Source: Heterodontus francisci
Lineage: Eukaryota
Reading direction: 5' to 3'
Length of the DNA: 64,000 nucleotides
Assembly: GCF_036365525.1 (NCBI RefSeq)
Contig: NC_090412.1
Span: 21,892,029-21,956,028, forward strand
Shown: positions 13,371-26,194 of the stretch, in pieces
How positions within the stretch are numbered: the first letter of the stretch is position 1
Layout: the number at the start of each line of letters is the position of its first letter
Position numbers and translations under genes: made by a program
Notes under the pieces: model-generated
Seen by the model: only the letters and a program-made list of their open reading frames with translations
Databases searched by the model: none
Told to the model about the DNA's origin: nothing

Positions 13371-13654
13371 ACATCAGGACAGATTAATGGATGACAGCAA
13401 GCAAGTCTCTAATCATGTCTCGGATCTGATGGAGGAGAAACAGAAAATGCAAAACCCCGAGTGTGGCCTAGGACTGCCCAAACACAGACATCAATCCCAG
13501 TTTCGGAGTCCTGAACCTTCTTTACATTCCACATTAATTATAATGTGGTTCCTGTTACACCACCTTAATTGTAATGTAACCTCATTGCAATAGGCAATCG
13601 TTACATTTCGCCTTCATTGTAACTTGTTCTTTGTTACACTGCATACTTTTTCTT

Positions 13655-13975
13655 ATTTGTTCGGGGGATGTGGGTGTCGCTGGCTATGCCAACATTTATT
13701 GCCCATCCCAAATTGCCCTTGAGAAGGTGGTTGTGAGCTGCCTTCGTGAACCGCTGCAGTCCTTGGGGTGTAGGTACACCCACAGTGCTGTTAGGATGGG
13801 AGTTCCAGGATTTTGACCCAGCGACAGTGAAGGAACGGTGATATAGTTCTGAGTCAGGATGGTGTGTGGCTTGGAGGGGAACTTGCAGGTGATGGTGTTC
13901 CCATACATCAGTTGCCCTTGCCCTTCTAGGTGGTAGAGGTCACGGGTTTGGAAGGTGCTGTCTAAGGAGCCTTGT
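13655..13975 (-). mobile_element. 3' tail fragment of the LINE family at 5575-8160
   Basis: Translation NTITCKFPSKPHTILT..SLGQNPGTP matches ORF 7736-8161. Confidence 0.85.
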
Positions 13976-14984
13976 AATCATTACAACACCCTGATTAATA
14001 TTGCATTACACTATAATCATCATTACAACACACTTATTATTATTACATTCCACCATTATAACTTCCCCCATTTGTAACATGCCCCTCATTATTATATAGC
14101 TTAATTTTTATAATAACTCTGACAGGGTCTGAATGTGTGCTGAAGATAATGCCTCTTGATGGTTCTACCATTTGTATTTTGAGCATTCCTGTTATTCGGA
14201 ACTGATAAAGAAATCACCATGATTTGCATGAGCCCTTAGTCAGCTTTATCTCAGCTGCAGTTCTTACGGCTGGTCTGGCTGAGGTCTTGCCTTCTGTGGT
14301 GAAGAGAGCCCTCTGGCGTTAATTCCAGTGTATAACACTGAACCCAGGACATCCTTCCTGGGCTCTCCAAAGGTTATCACTTTAAAGCGTAATTCTGTTT
14401 CAGACCATCAAGTTGATATTAATATACACATTTTGCTTTAAAAATGAATGAATTTAGATTTAAAAGCTGAATTTGACATCTTGTTCTTCCCAGCAAGGAT
14501 CTCAGTTAGGATTTCCCTGGCCCATACCACCCAGTGAATTGACCCACGAGTTAAACCATTGGAAAGAAGAAAGATTTTGAGAGCGTTAAGAAAATTTTAA
14601 TCAGGAAATGGCAAAAGTAGATTTTCAGAAGTCATTTTGCAGTTTTGGTGCCAGTATTTATAGGGGAGTACCTCAGTGCACTGGGATCGCTGGCACAGTG
14701 CAGCTTCTCCTGCAGTCTGAGTGCTTTCGGAGTCTTTGTTTTTTGGTTATTCCCCAAATTGGAGTTCAGAAACTCAGTATCGCAGTTTTTAATAAGCCTT
14801 TCTGTAATGAGGCCTGTGGACATTATCATTCAGATACAGTCCGGACACCCAAGCAACATCTTTGAGTGTGTAACCATGATTGAGTAATGTAGGTTGCACA
14901 ATACACAAGACAATACAGTTCCACTTGTTATGACAAATAGATAACAATCTAATTCCCATTGCTAAAATCAGATAGAGATGCAAC

Positions 14985-16255
14985 CATAGAATAATAGAAT
15001 CCTACAGTGACAGTGCAGAAGACCGTTCAGCCCATCCTGTCTGTGCCCGTTCTTTGAAAGAGCTATCCAATTAGTCCCATTGCCCCTTCAATTATTTATC
15101 CAATTCCCTTCTGAGAGTTACTGTTGAATTTGCTTCCTTTCAGGCAGCGCATTCCAGATCACAACAACTCGCTGTGTAAAAAAAAAGTTTCCTCATCTTA
15201 CCTTTGGTTCTTTTGCCAATTGCCTTAAATTTGTCCTCAGGTTAGTGATCATTCTGCCACTAGAAACAGTTTCTCCTTATTTGATCCACCAAAATCATCC
15301 ATGATTTTGAACATCTCTATCAGATCTCCCCTTAACCTTCCCTGCTCGAAGGAGAACAATTCCAAGTTTCTCCAGTCTCTCCACATAACTGAAGTCTTTA
15401 ATCCTTGACACCATTCTAGTAAAGCTCCTGTGCACCCTCTCTCTGGCCTTGACATCTTTCCTGAAGTGTGGTGCCCAGAACTGGCCACAATACTCCAACT
15501 GTGCCCTAATCAGTGTTTTATAAAGGTTTAGCATAAATTCCTTGCTTTTTGTACTCTGTTCCTCTGTTTATAAAGTCAAGGATCCTTTATGCCTTTTTAA
15601 CAGCCTTAGTTTAGTTTAGAGATACAGCACTGAAACAGACCCTTTGGCCCACCGAGTCTGTGCCGACCATCAATCACCCATTTATACTAATCCTACAGTA
15701 ATCCCATATTCCTACCACATCCCCACCTGTCCCTATATTTCCCTACGACCTACCTATACTAGGGGCAATTTATAATGGCCAATTAACCTATCAACCTGCA
15801 AGTCTTTTGGCATGTGGGAGGAAACCGGAGAACCCGGAGGAAACCCACGCAGACACAGGGAGAACTTGCAAACTCCACACAGGCAGTACCCAGAATTGAA
15901 CCCGGGTCGCTGGAGCTGTGAGGCTGCGGTGCTAACCACTGCGCCACTGTGCCGCCCACTTGTCCTGCTGCCTTCAAAGACGTGTGCACATACAATCCCA
16001 GCTCCCTCTGGACTTGCAACCCCTCTACGATTGTACCATTTAGTTAATATTTCTTCACCCCATTCTTCCGACCAAAATGACACTTCACACTTCTCTGCAT
16101 TAAATTTCTTCTGTCATATGTTTGCCCATTTCGCCAGCCTCTCTTAAGTCCTCCTGAAGTCTGTTTCTATCCTCCCCACTGTTAACTACATTTCCGAGTT
16201 TTGTGTCATCTGCAAACTTTGAAATTGTGCCCTGTATACCCAAGTACAGGTCATA
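14985..16255 (-). mobile_element. CR1 LINE 3' fragment interrupted by an HE1 SINE
   Basis: LYKTLIRAQLEYCGQFWAPHFRKD and RLRGDLIEMFKIM in the - strand ORFs. The element continues on the other side of the SINE. Confidence 0.85.
15607..15957 (-). mobile_element. HE1-type V-SINE
   Basis: tRNA-like head (gggcggcacagtggcgcagtggttagcacc, gggttcaattc), V-domain (gtgggtttcctccggg..ctccggtttcctcccaca) and CR1-derived tail ending in (ctaaa)n. Confidence 0.9.
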
Positions 16256-16269
16256 ATAGTGTCTGCTGT

Positions 16270-16795
16270 GGCGGAGTTGGTGACACTCTAGACTCTGAAA
16301 CAGAAGGTTGCAGGTTTAAGGTCCCATTTAAGGATTTCAGCACAAAAATCAAGGCTAATGCTCCAGCACTGTGGGAGTGCTGCACTGTCAGAGGTGCCGT
16401 ATATTGGATGAGACATTAAACCAAGGCTCTGTCTGTTCTCTCAGGTGGAAGTAGAAGATCTCACAGTACAATTTCACCACTTCTTAAGAGCAATTAGGCA
16501 CCGGCAATAAATGCTGGCCTTGCCAGTAATGCTAACATCCCATGAATAAATAAAAAAAATGATTTTGAAGAAGAGTAGGGGAGTTAACCCGAATGTTCTG
16601 ACCAATGTTTATCCCTCAATCAATATCACAAAAACAGATTATCTGGTCATTATCACATTGCTGTTTGTGGGAACTTGCTGTGCGCAAATTAACTGCCATA
16701 TTTCTTACAACAGTGGTTGCACTTCAAAAAGTAATTCATTGCCTGTTTTGGGACGTCCTGTGGTTGTGAAAGGCGCTATATAAATGCAAGTCTTT
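16270..16795 (+). mobile_element. Deu-domain SINE (SacSINE1/AmnSINE1-like), near full length
   Basis: gggagtgctgcactgtcagaggtgccg..gatgagacattaaacc..cagattatctggtcattatcacattgctgtttgtggga..aaaggcgctatataaatgcaagt. It contains a short LINE-tail insertion at about 16480-16560. Confidence 0.88.
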
Positions 16796-16799
16796 CTTT

Positions 16800-17220
16800 A
16801 TTTTCTTTGTATTAATATATACCCAAAAGAATAGTGGTCCTAATAACAACCCCTGGGAGACACCACTGTAGACTTGCCTCCAGTCTGATAAATAACCCTT
16901 CTCCACTACTCTCTGCTTTCTGACTCTTAGCCAATTTTGTATCCATACCATCACTGTCCCTTTAACACTTCAATTTTGCAAACAAGTGTATCATGCAGCA
17001 CTTTATCAAGTGCCATGTGAAAGTCCATATGCACATTACCCTCATCGACCCTTTCCATTACTTAATCAAAGAACTCAATCAAGTTAGTTCCTTTAACAAA
17101 TCCGTGCTGGCTCTCATTTATTAACCCATACTTCTCCAAGTGCCAATTAATTTTGTCGGGCTTATTTAAAAGTTTCTCCACCGCCGACGTTAGGCCGACT
17201 GGCCTTTTGTTAATTCCTGT
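16800..17220 (-). mobile_element. CR1 RT fragment
   Basis: WIQNWLRVRKQRV..SGVSQGLLLGP and SQHGFVKG in the - strand ORFs. Confidence 0.8.
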
Positions 17221-17785
17221 TGCTAGGGTAATGATGTCAAAATAGCTCCTGTTGCTACAGAAATGATCTAATAATAGGGACAATTCCCTGATCCTTTGCT
17301 CCGTTTGAGCTTGGATCCCTGTTGGAAGAGCAGGAGTGTGGAATTACCCCTGCTATATGAGCTTCTATTGTCACAGTATTAATGTGGTGAAAGGCCAGTT
17401 CCTATTGGTAAGATAGCTGTGTAATAATGCAGATCACAGAAAAATGCTGTTACTGTAACAATTAATATTGCAAGCTAGCATGAGCAGAGATTGGAGATTG
17501 AAAGACAGCATGCAGATTTTTCATTTACATCTAGATTTCCCCAAGTATTCAGTTTTCATCTCTGAAGAGATGTTTTATTATGATACAGGGCAATGATATA
17601 GTGGCAACATCAGAATACAGTGGAATATGAATTTAAAAGAATTCGCTTTCATATACGGTAATTTTTTTTTAGTTATCTCTGCTACCAGTAAACATTTACT
17701 TACTACCTGAACTGCTGGAAAGAGGCAGAATGAGTGACTCACAGAGAGGAGAGAAGTGATTCAATTATGACAATGCTTGTTCCAG

Positions 17786-17865
17786 GATTGGAGCCTCAGA
17801 GGAATGACACAAACTGGTGTGAACGTGACAAGGCACTCCACAAACGGTTGGATGTTGTAGAAAAG
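17786..17865 (+). CDS. PLAC9: PLAC9 coding exon 2 (LEPQRNDTNWCERDKALHKRLDVVEK)
   Basis: Acceptor ttgttccag| and donor AAG|gtaac. The translation matches the PLAC9 motif C-[DE]-R-x-x-A-x-x-x-R-L-D-V-x-E. Confidence 0.88.
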
Positions 17866-18224
17866 GTAACAAAGCCCATTTGCTGTTTGAGTGTCGCAAC
17901 ACTGGATTACAATATGCATAAAATAATCCATAATGGATGATTGCAGAGAATTTACATTGAAGTAACAGATCATTTGACCCAACTGGTCTATGCTGGCATT
18001 TACACTCCACATAAGCCTCCACCCACCCTCTCTTCACCTCATCCTTTATATGGATGATTTACACCTTTAGATAAACAAAAGGACATGTCTCAAACTCCAA
18101 TTTAAAAAACTGAAAGAAAGGCATAACATTTTGGAAAGGTACAGCCAGCCCCTTAGCATCTAAAAGAGGAGACAGGTTAACACTTCAGATGGGGTTATTC
18201 AGGGTTAGCTGTAGCTCTGTGGAC

Positions 18225-18895
18225 AGCATTCTTGCCTCTGCATCAGAAGGCTGTGGGTTTGAGTCCCACTCTAGTGACTTGAGTACAGAATCTAGGCTGA
18301 CACTGCAGTACAGTACTGAGGGGAGTGCTGCATTGTCTTTTGGATGAGATATTAAACTGAGGCCCGGTCTGCTGTCTCAGCTGATTGTCAAAGATCCCAA
18401 GGCACTCTAAGAAATACGGAGGAGTTCTCCCCAATGTCCTGGCCTCAACTAGCATCACTAAAAACAGGAGATTTGGTCATTAATGCAAAAGCAAAATACT
18501 GCGGATGCTGGAAATACTCAACAGGCCAGGCAGCATCTGTGGAGAGAGAAACAGAGTTAACGTTTCAGGTCAATGACCCATTGTCCAAACTGGAAAAAAT
18601 TAGAGCTGCAAGATGTTTTAAGCAAGTACAGAGGCCAAGAAAGGGGAGGAAAGAATAAAAATAAGGTCTGTGACAGAATGGAAGGCAGGAGAGATTAAAT
18701 GTCAAAAGGAATGAGGATGTAAGACAATGGCAATGGGACAAATATCTGGTCATTATTTCATTCGTGTGTTGTGGGACCTTGCTGTGCATATATTGGCTGC
18801 TATATTTTCTACATTACAAAAGTACTTCATTGGCTGTAAAGTACTTTGGGACATCCTGAGATCATGAAAGGTGCTATATAAATGCAAGTTCTTTA
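18225..18895 (+). mobile_element. Deu-domain SINE with a nested Penelope-like terminal fragment (about 18483-18740)
   Basis: The SINE core is split at tggtcatt. The insert reads aaagcaaaatactgcggatgctggaaatactc..gcagcatctgtggagagagaaacagagttaacgtttcagg. Confidence 0.8.
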
Positions 18896-18966
18896 ACTAG
18901 CCAGTGGTTGACAAGTTTTGATTGATTTTGCTTCTTTTTCTCCGCTTCCTCTCTCGTTTACCTCAG

Positions 18967-19084
18967 AATATAGAACGAACGGTCGATCACTTGGAGGCTG
19001 AAGTATCCGCCCTGCTTAGATTCATCGAGGCGTCAAACCCTCCACTTCAGCTAGGAGCTCCGACCATCGACATTTTTGAGAGTG
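18967..19084 (+). CDS. PLAC9: PLAC9 coding exon 3 (NIERTVDHLEAEVSALLRFIEASNPPLQLGAPTIDIFES-G)
   Basis: Strong polypyrimidine acceptor ..cctcag|, the TVDHL..EV..LL motif of PLAC9 and a donor G|gtgcgt. Without splicing, the frame stops at 19122. Confidence 0.88.
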
Positions 19085-19727
19085 GTGCGTGCCGTGTGTG
19101 GAGTGACTTTCCTTTGTTATGAGTGAATTTTGTGCTCATTGAGCTGAGGGCTGTTGGCGCTGGGAGATGGATCACGTTCCCATTGCGGACACCAAGGCTG
19201 GAATTTTGCCAGGCCTTTGGCGACAGGCTGAGAGGCGGGAAGGCTGGCAAAATGGTGCGGCAAGGCGTCGGGGTGGGCTGAAGACTTCCCGCCACCGTAC
19301 CATTTGGCCAGCAGTGGAAACGGTGGCGGATCAGCTGCTCACCGGGAGCCTGATTGAGCTAACAGGCGGCCTTCCAGAGGGCTTTGGTGGGGGTTCACCA
19401 TGGACCAGGGGGGGGGCCCCTCTGGTGACAGTGATTGCCCCCGCACCAAAAATAGTGCATGGTGCATGTGCCTCAAACACCCCCCCACCACCCCCATCCC
19501 CCCCCCTGCCCACAGATTGCAGAATCTGTCTGGATCAGCCCAGCCATGATGCCTTCATAGTTAATTGGAATGCTAATTCTCAACTGTGGTCACGTTAGGA
19601 TGAGGTACAGGAAAGCGTTTGGACCCCGGCATCAGTTGGTGCTTTGAAGATAGGAGGGGAGAAATAAACTGGAAAACAAATCAGTGGTTGACCTTTGTCT
19701 AACTCCCATTATTTTCACATTCACCAG

Positions 19728-19738
19728 GTTTGTACTGA
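19728..19738 (+). CDS. PLAC9: PLAC9 terminal coding exon 4 (G-L-Y-stop)
   Basis: Branch-like ctaac, pyrimidine tract and caccag|GT TTG TAC TGA in the expected phase 1. ATTAAA at 19817. Confidence 0.6.
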
Positions 19739-20144
19739 ACATCATGATACCAGCCTTCATTCTGAAAGGTAGTCATGGAACGAAAGCTGCATCAAGAAAC
19801 ATATCAGCAAAAAGAGATTAAAAAATGTGTCTGTTATCAATTGCAACAGTTATTTCCTATATTAATGAATGTTGTGTCCTGTTCTGCACATGGGTTATAT
19901 TGAGTAACTGCTGAGTGTTCACTGGACTGGGCCATCAGTTACCTGGGTAATAGGGAGCCTCTAAGATTTGCAGCACTAAATGGGCCTAGGTTAAGGTTTG
20001 GCAGTTTTCCTTATCTAGTTTGACCTTTTGAAAACCACTTTTATATTAAAAAAATTTCTTGAAGGCAATTACAAAATGAGTTGCAGCAGCACTACACAAA
20101 TTGAATGCTGGGTAATGCCATATCTCTAATGAACATCAGACTGG

Positions 20145-21115
20145 TCATAGAGTCATTATGGCACAGAAAGAGGCCATTCGGCCCATCAGGTCCATGCCGG
20201 CTCTCTGTAGAGCAATCCAGTCAGTCCCACTCCCCTGCTCCATCTCCGTAGCCCTGCAAGTTTATTTCCCTCAAGTGCCCATCCAATTTCCTTTTGAAAT
20301 TGTTGATTGTCTCCACCTCCACCATCCTTGTAGTCTGGGTCATCACAACTCACTGGGTAATAAGGTTCTTCCTCACAACCCCCTGCATCTCTTGCCCAGA
20401 ACCTTAAATCTGTATCCCCTAGTCCTTGTACCATCAGCTCATAGGAACAGCTTTTCTTTGTCTACCTTATCTAAACTGTCACAATCTTGGATACCTCAAT
20501 CTCCTTTGATCCAACCTAACCTTGTAGCTAAAATCCCTCATCCCTGGAACCATTCTGGTAAATCTCCTCTGCACCCTGTCAAGGACGTTCACATCCTTCC
20601 TAAAGCATATCCAGAGCTGGATGCAGGGCTCTAGTTGTGGCGAGCTTTTTTTTTTAGAGATACAGCACTGAAACAGGCCCTTCGGCCCACCAAGTCTGTG
20701 CCGACCAGCAACCACCCATTTATACTAATCCTACACTAATTCCATATTCCTACCACATCCCCAACTGTCCCTATATTTCCCTACCACCTACCTATACTAG
20801 GGGCAATTTATAATGCCCAATTTACCTATCAACCTGCAAGTCTTTGGCATGTGGGAGGAAACCGGAGCACCCGGAGGAAACCCACGCAGACACAGGGAGA
20901 ACTTGCAAACTCCGCACAGGCAGTACCCGGAATTGAACCCGAGTCGCTGGAGCTGTGAGGCTGCGGTGCTAACCACTGCGCCACTGTGCCGCCCATAAAG
21001 GTTCAGCATAACCTCCCTGCTTTTGTACTCAATACCTCTACTTTTGGGGCTCAAGATCCCATATGCTTTGCTAATTACTCTCTCGATACTCTCTCAAAAT
21101 GTCCTGCCACCTTCA
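20145..21115 (-). mobile_element. CR1 3' fragment interrupted by an HE1 SINE
   Basis: FRKDVNVLDRVQRRFTRMVPG and GIEYKSREVMLNLY translations, plus a CR1 tail at about 20145. Confidence 0.8.
20646..20994 (-). mobile_element. HE1-type V-SINE
   Basis: Near-identical to 15607-15957. Confidence 0.9.
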
Positions 21116-21129
21116 GGAAGCCCAGGTGC

Positions 21130-21790
21130 CATTGTCCCTGCCATCACTAAGACCACCTATTTCCACCTCCATGACATTGCCCCATTCTACCCTAGCTCAG
21201 CTCATTTGCTTCTGAAACCCTCATCCGTGCCTTTCTTTACTTCTAGACTTGACTATTCCAAAGTGCACCTGACTCAGTCTCCCACCTTCTGCCCTTCATA
21301 AACCTAAACTCATCCAAAGCTCTGCTGCCTGTATCCTAACTCGCAGATAATGCCATTCACCCATCAGCCCTGTGCTTGCTGACCTACATTGTCTCCTGAT
21401 CAAGCAACGTCATGGTGTTAAAAATCTCATCCTTGTTTTCAAATCCCTCGATGGTCTTGCCCCTCCCTATCTCTCGAATCTCCTCCAAGCCCTATAAACC
21501 TCCGAAATAGCAATGTTCCTCCAATTCTGGCCTCTTGAGCATCCCTGATTTTAATCACTGAAGCATTGGCAGCCATGCCTTCAGCTGCTGAGGCCCTAAG
21601 TCCTGGAATTCCTCCCTACACCTCTCCACCTTTCTTTTGTTCATTAAGACTCTCCTTAAAACCTCCCTCTTTGACCAAGCTTTGCTCATCTGCCCCAATA
21701 TCTCGTGTGTCAAATTTTCTTTGATACTGCTCCTGTGAAGCACCTAGGAACATTTTACTACATTACAGATGTTAAGTAAATGCAAGTTGT
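21130..21790 (+). mobile_element. L2-like LINE 3' fragment
   Basis: tatttccacctccatgacattgc..tctagacttgactattcca..gccttcagctgc..tgtgaagcacctagga..aaatgcaagttgttgttg. Related pieces occur at about 44990-45370 (-) and 58200-58660 (+). Confidence 0.7.
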
Positions 21791-22108
21791 TGTTGTAATA
21801 GTGAGCTCCACATTCTGACCGCTCTCTGGGTGAAGAAGTTTCTCTTCAATTCCCTTATTGGATTTATTGGTCACTGTTATATTTGTGGCCCCTTGTTCTG
21901 TCTCGCCCACAAGTGGAAACAACTTTATGTCTACCCTGTCACACTCTTTCATTATCTTGAAGACCTCGATTAGGTCACCCTCGTCTTCTCTTTTCGAGAG
22001 AAAAGAGCCCTGGCTTGCTCAATCTTCCCTGATAGATATTTTGATAGAATAATGGCAGCAAGGTGTTATTTCGTTGAAGAAGAAAAAATGGCAGTGCCGA
22101 ATGAACGG

Positions 22109-22371
22109 TAGGGTTGCCAACCCTCCAGGGTAGTCGTGGAGTCTCCAGGAATTGAAGATTAATTTCCAGAACACTGCTGTGAGCAACACTGGGGGAAAAA
22201 TATCATCGGCTCCTTTGTTTGTAACTTTTTTTTCATTTTCACTGAATAATTTTGTTATAAAAATATCAGAGATGAGGGAAAAATGGCTACTTGACTGGGT
22301 CGGGCAATTGGAGCTGTGTGGTCACGTGATAAAACATCCAGGAATGCGTCCAATCGGAGTTGCCAGCCCTA
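22109..22371. mobile_element. hAT-type MITE
   Basis: Terminal inverted repeats tagggttgccaac / gttgccagcccta. The flanks atgaacgg and ctgaatgg match 6/8, consistent with an 8-bp TSD. Confidence 0.7.
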
Positions 22372-24629
22372 CTGAATGGGCTCCTCCAATGGTCTTTTGA
22401 GTAGCGGTTGTACTTGTTGCAGCAAAGGCCCAGGATTGGTGCAGGTTTAGCCAATACCAGTTGGGGCAGCAGTTCCAGTGCCAGAGAGCGTAAAAGAAAC
22501 CCAGACTCCAGCTTCTGACCTCTCGGAGCATGAGCTGTGATGCCTTCCCTGAACTGATAGTCCACAAACAAGCTAGGGGTCATTTAAATATAAAATTGCT
22601 AAATGGTCAGTGTCAGGGTTCACCACATGAAGGACAATCACTTGGATGAGGAAGAAAAGGGCAGCCAGGATCCGTGGGGTAATCCCCAGTAAGAGTCAGT
22701 GCCTTCAGGATAGAAAATTATTTGTATTGGTACTGACCCTTTCCTGCTGTGACATTCTCTTCTCTCTACTGTCCCCTTGCCTTGCTTCACAATATCGTGC
22801 TCTGCCACTTCCAGAATCTGAAGTTCATTCCCATGAGGCCCAGGAAACTAAAAACTCCAGGTACTTAAGTAAAACATTCAACATGCCCGTGAAATTGAAA
22901 AGAATATATAAATGCGCAGGCCTAATAACTCCTTGTTAATCAGGGCGAGAAATATTTTTTGCCAAGATAACTTGAGTATGTTCTCTTTACACCTCACTGC
23001 CAGTTGACTGAGGAAACACTCAAGTATCTTAATCTTTCAAAATTATTGTACTTCATTATGAAACTCTGCATGACTATTGCAGCCCCAGCGACCACGAATG
23101 CAGTTGAAGGCGTTGCACTAAGCTGCACAGACGAGAAGGGGCCAGACTCGACTGCCAGCCTACCCTGAAATACCCAATATTGGCCTGGCCACCAGTTCAC
23201 AAGTAAATTACAGATGAGGGAGATTTTTTGGTCCATCTTAATTCATTTATTCCAACCATGGGAACAGGTTCAACCTGCAAGATGCCCCGCCAAGTCATGC
23301 ACCATCCTGACTTGCAGATATATCATTGTTCCTTCGTCGTTGCTGGGTCAAAATCCTGGAACTCCCTACCAAACAGTACTGTATAATTCACCACCCAGAC
23401 TGCAGCAGTTCAAGTAGGCCACGTTCTCAAAGGCAATTAGGGATGGGCAATAAATGCCGACCTTCCCAATGACATGCACAGCCTATGATCGAATAAAAAA
23501 ACAAAGTCACCACCACTGCAGAATCCAATTTTTTTTTTTTAAATTGCTTGTAGGGTTTTCAGTTACGCTGCTCTGCCCTGGAATCCAGTCCATGAATCGA
23601 CTGCTCTTTGTGTGAAGAAAATCTCAGTATCAAACCTGGATTTGCTATATTCTTCGATTATAGCTCCTTATCACATGCTTCAGAATCATCTCAAAGCACT
23701 TCACACTTCAACGAATAGCTGTTATCCAGAGGCTTTTGTATGTCAGAGGAATTCTGCAGGAGTTGGAGATGACCCAAGAGGTTACAAGTGCTTGCCATTT
23801 TGGGGTCAGATCCTTCACATGTTTGTACAGTTTTCATAGGCCCAACATTTTACGGAGGCTTTAACTTATCGGGGGACATCGTACCAATGCAGTCGGCGTT
23901 GGCACCTATTGTAACCAAGTGTAATTTCTAACCTAGTGAATCAGAAAGTTGTGGAGGAATTTCCATGAAGCAGAGAACACCCATATCTACCTGTACATTA
24001 TGTATCAGCTCATCACATACACCAGTAACTGTTTAAGACACAGTCTCCTTCACTGCATCGATGAAATGAGAGAAATAACACTGCAAATTGGAAATAACCA
24101 GAAAATACGCAGCCAGGAACACCAGCATTTCATACAGTCACACAGTACAGAAGGAGGCCATTTGGCCCATTGTGCTATGTGGGCTCCTTGAAAGTTGTAT
24201 CGAAATAGTCCTACTCCCCTCTTTCAGCACAGCTCTGATATTTTTCCTTTTCATGTATTTATCCAATTTCCTTTTGAAAGTTACTGTCGAAGGTGCTCCC
24301 TTTTTAAGGCAGTACATTTATAAAGAGAAAAGATGGGGAACATTTCAGAACTAGTATACATGGGAATTGAAAACTGCACCGGGTGTCTGGCATATCTGAT
24401 AACCCCCTGGTTCTGCTGGAACTCCCTAACGGCACTGTGGGTGTACATACATCTCGAGGACTGCTGCGGTTCAAGAAGGCAGCTCGCCACCACCTTCTCA
24501 AGGACAATTAGGGATGGGCAATAAATGCTGGCCTAGCCAGCGATGCCCACATCCCATGAACAAATTAAGAAAAAGGCACTAGGCTGGCTCCCAGTGTTTA
24601 TACTACAGGTGTCATTTTTGCCCCAGTCA

Positions 24630-25035
24630 GCAGCACTCTTGCCTCTGCGTCAGAGGGTTGTAGGTGTAAGCACCACTTCAGAGACTTGAGCACCACATTT
24701 AGGCTGACGGAAGGAGTGATGCACTGTCGGGGGTGCCGTCCTTCAGATGAGACTTTAAAGCAAGGCCCTGTCTGCCCTCTCGGTTGGATATGAAGATCTC
24801 ATGGCACTATTTGAAGACAACCAGGGGAGTTCTGCCTGGTGTCCTGATCAACATTTATCCCCCAACCAATATCACTTAAAAAATGCAGATTATCTGGTCA
24901 CTGATCTCATTGATGTCGCTGGGATCGTGCGGTATACAAAATTAGCTTCCTACATTACTAAAGTGACTACATATCAAAATACTTCATTAGCTGTGATTTT
25001 GGATGACCTGAGATCGATGCTAGATAAATGTAAAT
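24630..25035 (+). mobile_element. Deu-domain SINE (SacSINE1/AmnSINE1-like)
   Basis: gcactgtcgggggtgccgtccttcagatgaga..cagattatctggtca. Confidence 0.8.
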
Positions 25036-25977
25036 TATTTCCATTAGTATATCCAGCTCTCTTGTGCCAGCAGATGAATCCTAGACCCAGCCTTTTTCCA
25101 CCAGATCAAGGGAACTGGATTTAGTCATGTCAACGCTGGGATCCAGCAAATGGATGTCTATCTCCCAGATTTTGACCGAAATAGCTTCAGTTTAAAGGCA
25201 ACTTAAGGGATCTAGCTTTGAATACAGTCCAGCCTGGTGCAATGAAAGTCTGCTTTGTCCTCTGGCTGGAAAGGCACTAAATGGTAAGAGGGTGGGAAGG
25301 TTTGACCTAATTTCTTTTGTGGTTCAGTCCATAGCACAAAACTTTGTTTAAAAAGTTTTTTAAAAATAGCCACCAGGTGCTATGTTAAGGGGTGAGGGAA
25401 TGGGAATCAAATGTTACTTTCAAAACACCTCATGCGGTTGAGAGATGCAGGAATCTTTCACAGTATTAAAAATTAAAACTGTGTGCAGATTCCAGCACAT
25501 TAGGGAAACCAGCTGTTGTCTTATCCTTGCCAAATTCGTCACATTCCAATGAAAGGCAGGCAGGGAACAGCTGCCAAGTATTTCCCTTGATAGAAGGACA
25601 AGGGGGAGGTCAGGCGTATCAGGCTGCACCCCTCCACCAGATGAAGGAGATTATTAACTTCTGCCGAAACAGCAGAGGAAAGTAACAAAAAAGAGCCTTT
25701 CACAACCTTGAAATGCCCCAAAGTGCTTTCCAGTCAACAAAATACTTTTTGTGAAATGTAGTCACTGTTGTAATGTAGGAAACACAACAGCTAATTGGTG
25801 CACATTGAGGCCCCACAGACACTAGTTAGATAAGTGAGCCGACAATCTGTTTTTTAGGTGTTGCTGAGGGATTAATGCTGCCCATTGTTTTTTTTCCCAA
25901 TTCGTTCTCAGGGTACAGGTGATGCTGGCAAGGCCACATTTGCCCGTGCCTAGTTGTAATAACAACAGAACAAATTT

Positions 25978-26141
25978 GGCATGAAATTTGGTTTGGGCAA
26001 CAGCGCAAAATGGACAAACTGGCAGCCTATTTCACACTCTGTCCAATTTCCTTTGGAAGATAGAATTGGACGAGCTGTAAATCGGACTGTCATATTACTA
26101 TCACTCATTTTGTGACCACGGCCAAGACGAATTTCACCCCC
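25978..26141. mobile_element. Short palindromic MITE (possibly Harbinger-derived)
   Basis: Termini ggcatgaaatt / aatttcacccc and an internal inverted pair gtccaatt / aattggac. Confidence 0.5.
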
Positions 26142-26194
26142 ATATGCAGGATGGATAGGATAGGGGTTTCAGGGGTTCCCTGAAGAACATTAAA

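Noticed and set aside
14220-14320. Hydrophobic stretch (LVSFISAAVLTAGLAE) as a candidate PLAC9 signal exon
   Set aside because: There is no in-frame ATG because of an upstream stop. The exon at 9856-9913 fits better.
15880-15957. tRNA gene
   Set aside because: This is the tRNA-derived head of an HE1 SINE, repeated at about 20990 and 53110.
19195-19530. GC-rich segment and 143-aa ORF in PLAC9 intron 3
   Set aside because: It begins with a ggctggaatttt terminus like the Harbinger end and is probably a non-autonomous fragment. No second TIR was found, so it is not called.
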